Part shown: positions 16,167 through 24,069 of the stretch, one piece after another
Layout: every line of letters begins with the position of its first letter
Numbering within the stretch: the stretch's first letter is position 1
Assembly: GCF_004765795.1 (NCBI RefSeq)
Contig: NZ_SBIV01000001.1
Coordinates: 1 to 64,000 of the forward strand
Direction of reading: 5' to 3'
DNA: 64,000 nucleotides
Source of the DNA: Halorussus marinus
GTDB taxonomy: Archaea; Halobacteriota; Halobacteria; Halobacteriales; Haladaptataceae
The notes under the pieces: generated by a model
Told to the model about the DNA's origin: nothing
The model's database searches: none
The model's input: only the letters and a program-made list of their open reading frames with translations
Program-made: the position numbers and the translations under genes

Positions 16167-19100
16167 TCTCGGTCCTCCCGGTCGCCGTCGGTGTCGTCGT
16201 CACTCGCCTCGCGCTCGGCCTCTTCGTCCTCCCCGTCGAAGGCGGCCTCGAAGCCGCCGAACGAGTCGTCGTCGGCTTCGTCGTAGGCCTCGGGGAAGCT
16301 CCCCAGTTCGCCGCCCTCGTGGGTCTCCCGGACGCTGTCTTCGGGACCGACCGACTCGGTGTCGCGGACTCGTTCGCCCTCCGGCGGACCGGTATCGGGG
16401 CGGTCGCCCGCCGCGTCCGGATACGACTCGGCCGGGGTATCGGCGGGTTCGGCGCTCTCGGCGAGCGCGACCGCGAGTCCCTCGACGTCGGCGTCGGCGC
16501 CGCGGTAGTCGTCGAGGATGCGCTCGTCGGCTTCCGCGAGGATACCCTGTGCGAGCTCGTAAGTCTCCTCGTCGGGGTCGGGCCGGGGCACCATCTCCTC
16601 TTTTTTTGGGTCGATGTCGATGTGGACGCTCTCCATCTCCCGGAGGTCCGCCAGACTCGCTTCGAGTTCGCCGTTGGCGATCAGCGTGAGGATGGTGTCG
16701 GGGTCGTTGATGAACGCCTGGGCGGTGGCCGCGACCTGCGTGTACTCGTTGAGCCCGTTGGTGATGAGGTATGCGAGGATGACCCGGCGCTTGAGAATCT
16801 CGTCTTCCAGTCGCTCGCGGGACCACCCCCGGTCGAACATGATATCTTCCATCGTCGACGACCCCGACAGCCGCATGAACTCGTCGTCCTCGGCGCGCCA
16901 CTGGAAGATGTCCTGAACGTTTATCTCGTCGTTCTCGGCGCTGTACTCGTTGATCTCGGTGAGCGACTTGTTCCGACGCACCTTGCTCCCCTGGACCCGG
17001 GTCTGGGTCTGGATCGACACCAGATCGAGCGCGGTGAACAGGGTCTTCGAGACGTTGATGGGCTCGGTCGTGAACCGCTTGAGCACCTCGCCGACCGTGT
17101 CGGCGTGGAAGGTGGTGTAGGTGGTGTGGCCCGTCGACATGACCTGAAAGAGCGTCCGGCCCTCCTCGCCGCGGATCTCGCCCATCACGATGTAGTCGGG
17201 GCGCTGGCGGAGCGCCGCCTCCAGCAGGTCGAACTCGTCGACGTCGCCCTTGTCGTCGTCCGAGAACGAGGGTCGGGTCACGCTCGCGATCCAGTTGCGC
17301 TGGGGGAGTTCGACCTCCCGGGTGTCCTCGATGGAGACGATCTTGGTGTTGCTCGGGATGAAAAGTGAGACGGCGTTCAGGCTGGTGGTCTTGCCCGAGG
17401 CGGTCCCGCCCGCGAAGATCAGCGACTTGTGGTTCTCGATGGCGAGCCACATGAACGCCATCTCCTCCAGCGAGAACGTGTTCCAGTTCACCAGATCGAT
17501 CGGGGTGAACGGCACGTCCTTGAACTGTCGAATGGTGTAGTTGGTGCCGTGGTCGCTGACCTCCCGGCCGAGCGTGAGCTGGGCGCGCGAGCCGTCGGGC
17601 AGGGTGGCGTCGACCTGGGGCTGGCGCTTGCTGATGCCCTTGCCCGAGCGCTGGGCGAGCTTCACCACGAAGTCGTCGAGTTCGGACTCGCCGTGGTGGA
17701 CGTTGGTGATGATCTGCTCGTAGTCGGTGTGGTAGACGAAGATCGGGGCGTTGTAGCCGTCGCAGGAGATGTCTTCGACGTTGATGTCGTGTTTGATGCC
17801 GTCGATGCGCTCGTAGCCGATGAAGTCCCGTTCGAGAAAGTACAGGAGCTTCTCGGTCTGGTACTCAGAGAGGCTGTCGTCGTCCTCTTCGAGCAGGGCG
17901 GGCTCGGGGCGGGCCGCGATGCCGTCGAGACCGCCCGACTCGTCGGGTTCGAGCGCCTCGATCTCGGCCTCGATCGCGGCCCGGACCTGCTCGCGGAGGC
18001 TCCCCGAGGCGTCGAACTCCAGATCGAGGTGCTCGTCGAGTCGGACCAGCGGCTCGTCGTCCGAATCGGAATCTGGGTGGGTCTCGCCCGGCGGGTCGTC
18101 CTCGCCCGCGAGTTCGGGATCGGCCGGCGACTCCGGGCCGCCGGGCGAGTCGGTCGCGGTCGTGTCCTCGCCCACCGCGCCGCCGTCCGCGACCGCCTTC
18201 TCGGCGTCCCCGTCGGGGCTCGGTTCGTCGTCGTCCTCGCGCTCGTCGCTCTTGTCGTCGTCCCGGTCGCCGGCGTCCGCTTCCGAGTCGGCGGCGCCCG
18301 CTTCACTCGGGTAAGACCGCCCCTCCGCGAGCGCTTCCCGGAGGGGTTCGATCGCCGCGTCGGCGCCCTCCCGAGCGCGCGCGAGATACTCCGAAACGAC
18401 GTCTCTGGTCTCGTCGTAGCGGTCGAGCAGTTCCCGGAGCTGTTCGGCGCGCTCGCCGTCGTTCTCGGCGTAGAGGTCGTAACGCGCCAGCAGGTCGAGG
18501 GTCTCGCGCTCGATGACCGCCGCCCGATCCTCGGCTTCGGCGTCGACCACCACGTCGTCGCTGGAGTACTTGATCGCGGCCCGGAGCTTTCCCGTCAGGA
18601 ACTCGGTCAGGTCGGCCTCGATCGGCGTTCGGTACGGCTCCACGAGGTAGTACTTGGTCTCGTTTTCCTTCGTGGAGTGAAAGAGCACGACGAACGCGTA
18701 GGGTTTGTTGACCCAGTAGCGATCGACCTCCCGGAAGTGTTGTTTCTTCGGGAGCGAGACGGCCTTCTCGAGGTCGTACCTGTTGACCAGCGTCGTGTGG
18801 CCCTCGACCGTCGAGAAGAACGCGTCCTCGTCGAGTTCCGGGGGCACGTCGAGGGTGCGCTCGTCTTCGACCGCCAGCATGTGCTCGGCGTCGGCCGCCC
18901 CCTGCGCGAGTCGGGCTTCGAGGTCCTCTTCGGGGAAGCCGAGCCACTCCGCCTCGTCGAAGCGCTCGATCTCGCCGTCCTCGTCGCGCGGGCGCTCGGG
19001 CGCGGTGGTGTCTGTGTCCTGATAGTAGTACTCGTACTTGAAGTGCTCCCAGTAGTACTCGCCCTTCCGTACGGGCGTGGTCGCGGGGTCGAGCCACGAC

Positions 19101-19645
19101 TCGAAGTCCGCGCTCAGGTCGGTGACGGCGACGCCGGCCTCGAAGACGCTCGCGCCCACGTCGTCGTGGCCGGTCCACTCGCTGGGATCGAACGCGACGA
19201 CCTCGCCGTCTTCGTCTCGCGGGCGCGCGAGCGCCTCGCCGGTCTCCTCGTAGTAGTGTTCGTACTTGAAGTGCTCCCAGCGGTACTCGCCGAGCGCGAC
19301 CGGCGTCTGCTCGGGGTCGAGAAACGCCTCGAAGGACGCGCTCAGTCGTGCCGCGCGCTCGGCCGCGGTCTCGACCCGCGCGGGCGTCTCCTCGGGCGTG
19401 TGACCGAGGTACGCCTCGCGGTCGAACTGCCGGGCCTTCCCCCGCCAGTTCGTCGGCGGGTCCCCGTCCTCGTAGAAGTACTCGTCTTTGAACGCCTCCC
19501 AGTCGTACTCGCCGACCGTCACGCGGTCCGACGCGAGCGTCTCGTCCGGGACGTCGAGTTCGTCCACCCCCGAAGACCCTCCGGTCGCCTCGCCCCCGTC
19601 GCGCTCGTCGTCGCCTCCCTCGACCGGGGCGTCTTCCTCACTCAT
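16163..19645 (-). CDS. pilB: Type IV pilus assembly ATPase PilB with long repeated N-terminal extension, 1160 aa
   Basis: EDISCDG, GGTASGKTT, IEDTRE, LRQRPDYIVMGEIRG, TGHTTYTTFHA. Confidence 0.92.
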   Translation of the reverse strand: MSEEDAPVEGGDDERDGGEATGGSSGVDELDVPDETLASDRVTVGEYDWEAFKDEYFYEDGDPPTNWRGKARQFDREAYLGHTPEETPARVETAAERAARLSASFEAFLDPEQTPVALGEYRWEHFKYEHYYEETGEALARPRDEDGEVVAFDPSEWTGHDDVGASVFEAGVAVTDLSADFESWLDPATTPVRKGEYYWEHFKYEYYYQDTDTTAPERPRDEDGEIERFDEAEWLGFPEEDLEARLAQGAADAEHMLAVEDERTLDVPPELDEDAFFSTVEGHTTLVNRYDLEKAVSLPKKQHFREVDRYWVNKPYAFVVLFHSTKENETKYYLVEPYRTPIEADLTEFLTGKLRAAIKYSSDDVVVDAEAEDRAAVIERETLDLLARYDLYAENDGERAEQLRELLDRYDETRDVVSEYLARAREGADAAIEPLREALAEGRSYPSEAGAADSEADAGDRDDDKSDEREDDDEPSPDGDAEKAVADGGAVGEDTTATDSPGGPESPADPELAGEDDPPGETHPDSDSDDEPLVRLDEHLDLEFDASGSLREQVRAAIEAEIEALEPDESGGLDGIAARPEPALLEEDDDSLSEYQTEKLLYFLERDFIGYERIDGIKHDINVEDISCDGYNAPIFVYHTDYEQIITNVHHGESELDDFVVKLAQRSGKGISKRQPQVDATLPDGSRAQLTLGREVSDHGTNYTIRQFKDVPFTPIDLVNWNTFSLEEMAFMWLAIENHKSLIFAGGTASGKTTSLNAVSLFIPSNTKIVSIEDTREVELPQRNWIASVTRPSFSDDDKGDVDEFDLLEAALRQRPDYIVMGEIRGEEGRTLFQVMSTGHTTYTTFHADTVGEVLKRFTTEPINVSKTLFTALDLVSIQTQTRVQGSKVRRNKSLTEINEYSAENDEINVQDIFQWRAEDDEFMRLSGSSTMEDIMFDRGWSRERLEDEILKRRVILAYLITNGLNEYTQVAATAQAFINDPDTILTLIANGELEASLADLREMESVHIDIDPKKEEMVPRPDPDEETYELAQGILAEADERILDDYRGADADVEGLAVALAESAEPADTPAESYPDAAGDRPDTGPPEGERVRDTESVGPEDSVRETHEGGELGSFPEAYDEADDDSFGGFEAAFDGEDEEAEREASDDDTDGDREDRE

Positions 19646-19817
19646 CGCTCATCCCCTCGCGGGATCGCCGAAGAAACGACAGAAGATATAAAATACGTTT
19701 CTTCATAACGTACGTTACATCGTAAATGAGAAGGTAATGAATGTTTCGGCCAAAGATTTCTAAACTGACACGATAGAAGCGCCGACTCCGCGTCCGACGC
19801 CGACGACCCGCGACCGA

Positions 19818-20513
19818 TCAGGCGGTCTGGGTAGCGCCGAGCGCTTCGAGCAGCGCGTCCGCGCCGGCGTGAGACGACTCGGGGCCACGCGCGGTGAGGA
19901 GGTCGCCATCGACGGTGACGCTGGTGTCCGAATCGAGCTCGGCGTCCCAGTCGCCGCCCGCCGCGATCACTTCGTCCTCGGTCCAGTAGGGGAGCTTGCG
20001 CCCGTCGGGCATGCGGTCTTTCTCGTCGACGATGTCTTGTTCCCACTCGTTGGGGAACCCGGTCACCTCGCGGTCCTCGACGAGGAAGCCGCCGTCGCTA
20101 CGCCGCGCGAATCCGAGGATTCCGACCGCGTGACAGACGACCAGCGCCTTCCCGCCGTCCTCGCGCTCGACGACCTCCCGGAGGAGCGCGCGGGCGTGCT
20201 TGTCCTGGTTGACGTCCCACGCGGTGCCGTGGCCGCCCGGAATCACGAGGGCGTCGTACGCGTCGGCGTCGGCGTCCGCGACCGCCATCGGATTCTGGAG
20301 TCGCTCGTCGTTCTCGTGGGCCTTCCTCACCCGTTCGGCGGTCTCCTCGCCGACGTTCTCGGGGTCGATCGACCGTTCGTCGACGACCGGCACGTCCCCG
20401 CTCGGGGTCGCCACGTCGACGTCGACGCCGGCGTCCGAAAGCGCCTCCAGCGGATCGACACATTCCTCTGCCCAGTAGCCCTCCTCGCTGACGACGAACA
20501 GTGCTGATGTCAT
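19818..20513 (-). CDS. DJ-1/PfpI family (class I GAT-like) protein
   Basis: GYWAEE, IPGGHG, VVCHA nucleophile, VTVDGDLLTARGPES. Confidence 0.88.
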   Translation of the reverse strand: MTSALFVVSEEGYWAEECVDPLEALSDAGVDVDVATPSGDVPVVDERSIDPENVGEETAERVRKAHENDERLQNPMAVADADADAYDALVIPGGHGTAWDVNQDKHARALLREVVEREDGGKALVVCHAVGILGFARRSDGGFLVEDREVTGFPNEWEQDIVDEKDRMPDGRKLPYWTEDEVIAAGGDWDAELDSDTSVTVDGDLLTARGPESSHAGADALLEALGATQTA

Positions 20514-20623
20514 CACCAGTGGTAGGCCCCGTAGTTCAATAAGCGGCGTGGCCTCTCACCGGCTTGCCGCTTCCGGAAGATGTCGCCGTCGTGGAGCCCC
20601 GCGTCGAGTAGGTCGCACAAAAC

Positions 20624-20690
20624 AGCGGGAGGTAGATTCGAACGACGGCCGCTCCGGGACGCTCCACTCTCGTTCGAATCTACTTCGCGC
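20624..20690. repeat. Hairpin cassette with a copy of the tRNA-iMet 3' end and its inverted copy
   Basis: AGCGGGAGGTAGATTCGAAC (20624-20643) vs tRNA 20760-20779, one mismatch; inverted arm TCGTTCGAATCTACTTC at 20670-20686. Confidence 0.85.
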
Positions 20691-20758
20691 GAGAGTGCCG
20701 AACTCGACGGGGACGCTCGGCGACGAAGCGTCTCGCGGAACTGAGTTCGGCAAAAGTA

Positions 20759-20833
20759 TAGCGGGAGGTAGATTTGAACTACCGATCTGCGGGTTATGAG
20801 CCCGCCGGAATCTCCTGGCTATCCCATCCCGCT
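20759..20833 (-). tRNA. tRNA-Met initiator (CAT)
   Basis: AGCGGGATGGGATAGCCAGGAGATTCCGGCGGGCTCATAACCCGCAGATCGGTAGTTCAAATCTACCTCCCGCTA; A1-U72 pair and GGG/CCC anticodon stem. Confidence 0.96.
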
Positions 20834-21010
20834 ACTATCTCGTAACCCCGTTTGACGGATAAGGATTGTGATTCGGTCGCCCTGTGTGGGTTTGTGGCGG
20901 TGAACCACCCCGGCTCGACCCCGACGGTCCCGGGGTCTCGGGGCCGCTACGTCCGTCGAGACTCCCAGAAACCCCAAGAGGTTTATCGGTTCGCGGCCCG
21001 CCTATTGTCG

Positions 21011-23317
21011 ATGGAGTACGCGCTCGTCGTGCTGTGGCTCGCCGCGTTTCAGGCGCTGGCGTTCGCCGCGCTGCCGATCGCCGCCCGGCTGTTCGTCCGG
21101 TTTCCCGACCGGGGCGCGAGCTTCGCGGTCCCGGTCGGGCTGGCGGTCACGACCACCGCGGTCTTTCTGGTCGGACACGTCGGGTTCGGTCGGTGGACCG
21201 CCTTCCTCGGGGTGGCGGTGCTCGCGGGGCTGTCGCTGGTCGTCCTCCGGCGCGAGACGGACTCGCGGGTGATCCGCCCCCGCGGGTACGCCGAGGCCGC
21301 GCTCGTCTTCACCGTCGCTTTCCTGTTGCTGGTGGCGGTCCGTGCGGTCGATCCCGCGATCGTCCCCGGGGGCGGCGAGAAGTTCCTCGACTACGGCATC
21401 TACCGGTCGTTACTCCGGGCCGACGCCCTGCCGCCGGCCGACATGTGGTGGGCCGGCGACCACGTCCGCTACTACTACGGCGGCCACCTGATGGCGGCGG
21501 TCCTCACCCACCTCACCGGCACCGCGCCCGAGTACGGCTACAACCTCGCGCTCTCGGGGTTCTACGCCTCGCTCGTCACCGCGGCCTACGGGCTGGCCGC
21601 GGCGCTCGGCGATGCTCGCGGCGCCTCGCGGACGACCGCGGGCGCTCTCGGGGCCTTCTTCGTGGGGGTGGCGAGCAACCTCGTCGTTCCCGTGACCGGG
21701 CTGGTCTGGCTGGTTCCGGACCCGATCGCGTCGGGGATCGCCGACCGCCTCTCGGGAGCGATCGACGGGAGCTCGGCGAGCGACCTCGTCGCCTCGGGAC
21801 TCTCGGAGTTTGGCTACTGGGCGCCGAGCCGCGTGATCCCCGGCACGATCAACGAGTTCCCGCTGTTCGCGTTCCTCAACGGCGACCTGCACGGCCACAT
21901 GCTCAGCACCCAGTTCCTGTTGGTGATCGCCGCGCTGGGGTTCGCCTACTACCGGACCGACCCCGGGAACCGCCGACGGCGTCGGGTCCTCGCGCTCGTC
22001 GCGCTCCCGCCGGTGGTCGCTCTCCTCACGCTCGTCAACGTCTGGAGCCTCCCGACCGGGCTCGGGGTGGCGTGGCTCGCGTTCGCGTTCGGTCCCGCCG
22101 ATCCCCTCACCCTCCTGCCGGGCGTCGCGACCGGGGCCCGGAGCGCCTCGGTTCCGGACGGCGGGACGGCCTCGCCCGGGGCCGCTGTCGCCGCCGAAGC
22201 CCGCCGGATCGGCGCGGCGTTCGTCGGGGCGGCCGCGGTCGGCGCGCTCGCGGTCGTCTGGCTCTCGCCGTTCGTCGTGGGCGTGTTGCTCCAGTCGGCG
22301 AGCAACCGGAGCCTCGGCGTCCTGCCGACCCCGACCACCGCGACCGGCCTCCTGCTCGTCCACGGCGCCTTTTTGCTCGCGTTCGCGCTGTTCCTCTGGC
22401 CGCGGGCCCGCGAGTCGCTGTCGGTCGACCCCGGCCGGTTCGGCGTCCTCGCGGCCGCGCTGGTCGCGGTCGGGTGGTGGCTCGGGTACCCGGTCGTCGT
22501 CCTCGTGGTCCCGCTGGTGGTCGCGGGGTGGCTCGTCCTCCGGGCCGACGGCGACGTCGGCTACGAGACCGTGTTGGTAATCGCGGGCGCGGGGCTGGTC
22601 ACGCTCGTGGAGTTCGTCTACGTCGAAGACAGCGCAATCTCCGGTCGGTTCAACACCGTGTTCAAGGTGTACATGCAGGTGTGGGTGCTCTGGGGCCCGG
22701 CCGCCGGGGCCGCGCTGGCGACTCTGATGAGCCAGCGAGCCGACTTTGAGTGGTCGGTGCCGGGCTTCGACGTCTCGCGGGGCGACGTCGCGACCGGCGT
22801 CGCCGTCGCGCTCGTGCTCTCGACCGGCATGTACGGCGGGCTCGCGCTGGAGAACCACTTCGAGTCGACCGGCGCCGACGGGGCGACCCTCGACGGCCTC
22901 GCCTATCTCGACGACCGCCACGCCGACGAGGGCGAGGCGATCCGGTGGCTCGACCGCAAGTCGGGCCAGCCCCACGTCGTCACCGCGCCGGGTCGGAGCC
23001 CCTACTCGTGGTCGAGCCCGGTCCCGTCGCTGACCGGTCTGCCCGCGGTCGTCGGCTGGGTGTACCAGGAGGGCGTCTACCGCGGGTCGACCGTCGCCGA
23101 ACGCCGGGCCGAGGACGTCGATCTCATCTATCGGGGCCAGTGGAGCGACCGCGCCGAACTGCTGAAGCGCTACGATGTCGAGTACGTCTACGTCGGCCCG
23201 CTCGAACGCGAGGCCTACGCCGACGAGAACCTCGACTTCGGGCGGTATCCCGGCATCGAACCGGCGTTCCGGAACGACGGGGTGGTCGTCTACGAGGTGA
23301 ATCAGTCGGCGGTGTAG
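21011..23317 (+). CDS. DUF2298 / YYY-domain polytopic membrane protein (GT-C-like)
   Basis: GGEKFLD, P.DMWWAG..VRYYYGG, INEFP.FAFLNGDLHGH, RFNTVFK.Y.Q.W, YVYVGPLER. Confidence 0.85.
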   Translation: MEYALVVLWLAAFQALAFAALPIAARLFVRFPDRGASFAVPVGLAVTTTAVFLVGHVGFGRWTAFLGVAVLAGLSLVVLRRETDSRVIRPRGYAEAALVFTVAFLLLVAVRAVDPAIVPGGGEKFLDYGIYRSLLRADALPPADMWWAGDHVRYYYGGHLMAAVLTHLTGTAPEYGYNLALSGFYASLVTAAYGLAAALGDARGASRTTAGALGAFFVGVASNLVVPVTGLVWLVPDPIASGIADRLSGAIDGSSASDLVASGLSEFGYWAPSRVIPGTINEFPLFAFLNGDLHGHMLSTQFLLVIAALGFAYYRTDPGNRRRRRVLALVALPPVVALLTLVNVWSLPTGLGVAWLAFAFGPADPLTLLPGVATGARSASVPDGGTASPGAAVAAEARRIGAAFVGAAAVGALAVVWLSPFVVGVLLQSASNRSLGVLPTPTTATGLLLVHGAFLLAFALFLWPRARESLSVDPGRFGVLAAALVAVGWWLGYPVVVLVVPLVVAGWLVLRADGDVGYETVLVIAGAGLVTLVEFVYVEDSAISGRFNTVFKVYMQVWVLWGPAAGAALATLMSQRADFEWSVPGFDVSRGDVATGVAVALVLSTGMYGGLALENHFESTGADGATLDGLAYLDDRHADEGEAIRWLDRKSGQPHVVTAPGRSPYSWSSPVPSLTGLPAVVGWVYQEGVYRGSTVAERRAEDVDLIYRGQWSDRAELLKRYDVEYVYVGPLEREAYADENLDFGRYPGIEPAFRNDGVVVYEVNQSAV

Positions 23318-23532
23318 TCGGAGTTCCGGTCGCGCTCGCGGACCCACGCGCTCCGGCAGTCCTCACAGCAGAAGTCGTGTATCTGTATCCGGCCGTCCTC
23401 GTCGCGTCGGGTCGCGACCGGATGCCAGTCGTCGGTGTCTATCGGGTCGCCACAGCAGTGACACCCGATCGATGCGCTGTCGTTCCCGCGTTCGCGAGAC
23501 TCCCTCGACGTGTGATCGAACCGGTCGGTCAT
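23302..23532 (-). CDS. Small Zn-binding protein (CxxC...FCxxxC)
   Basis: CHCCGDPIDTDDWHPV...HDFCCEDCRSAW; downstream of a HalOD1 gene. Confidence 0.75.
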   Translation of the reverse strand: MTDRFDHTSRESRERGNDSASIGCHCCGDPIDTDDWHPVATRRDEDGRIQIHDFCCEDCRSAWVRERDRNSDYTAD

Positions 23533-23588
23533 CGCTATCGGCTCGCCGTCGCTCGACGTCGTTTCCGTCTCACTGTTCGAGGTCGGAC

Positions 23589-23888
23589 CTACGTCCGGTC
23601 GCGGTCGGTATCGACGCCGCCGTCGGTCGCCGAGTCGAGGCGCTCGACCTCGATTTCGCCGTCGCCCCGGACGACGACGTCACAGCCGCCGAAGGTGAAC
23701 GTGACGTGGCCGGCCCTGACGGCGCCCCGGTTGGTCGGCGCGAACAGTCGGTCGAGCGCGTCGGGATCGACGACGTGGTAGAGCGGGCCGACGTCGGTCG
23801 GATCGCTGTCGGTGGCGTCGGCGACGGCCTCGATGACTCGCTCGCTGGTCGCGGCTTCGAACGTGGTCGGAGTTGCTGTCTGGCTCAT
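23589..23888 (-). CDS. HalOD1 protein
   Basis: SERVIEAVADATDSDPTDVGPLYHVVDPDALDRLF...VTFTFGGCDVVVRGDG. Confidence 0.88.
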   Translation of the reverse strand: MSQTATPTTFEAATSERVIEAVADATDSDPTDVGPLYHVVDPDALDRLFAPTNRGAVRAGHVTFTFGGCDVVVRGDGEIEVERLDSATDGGVDTDRDRT

Positions 23889-24069
23889 TCTCTGTCCCAT
23901 CGGAGGTACCGTACGTAAAAATCGGTTCCCGGTAGGTGTATACGCGAGTCGATCCCGGTGGGGTTATATGTATAAATTGTCTCCGGACGGGTCCGAACCG
24001 ATCTCGTGTGTGATATAGTGACACAGTAGATCGCGTCGGGGTTTCCGGCGGGTCGGCGTTCGATGGGGC

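Noticed and set aside
14131..16203. Upstream extension of the 838-aa ORF as a frameshift fusion
   Set aside because: Alternative frame over pilC; only the last 147 codons from ATG 14130 look like a real pilin
20624..20690. Second tRNA-Met gene or split tRNA
   Set aside because: Only the T-arm and acceptor 3' strand are present; no D or anticodon arm and no bulge-helix-bulge partner seen
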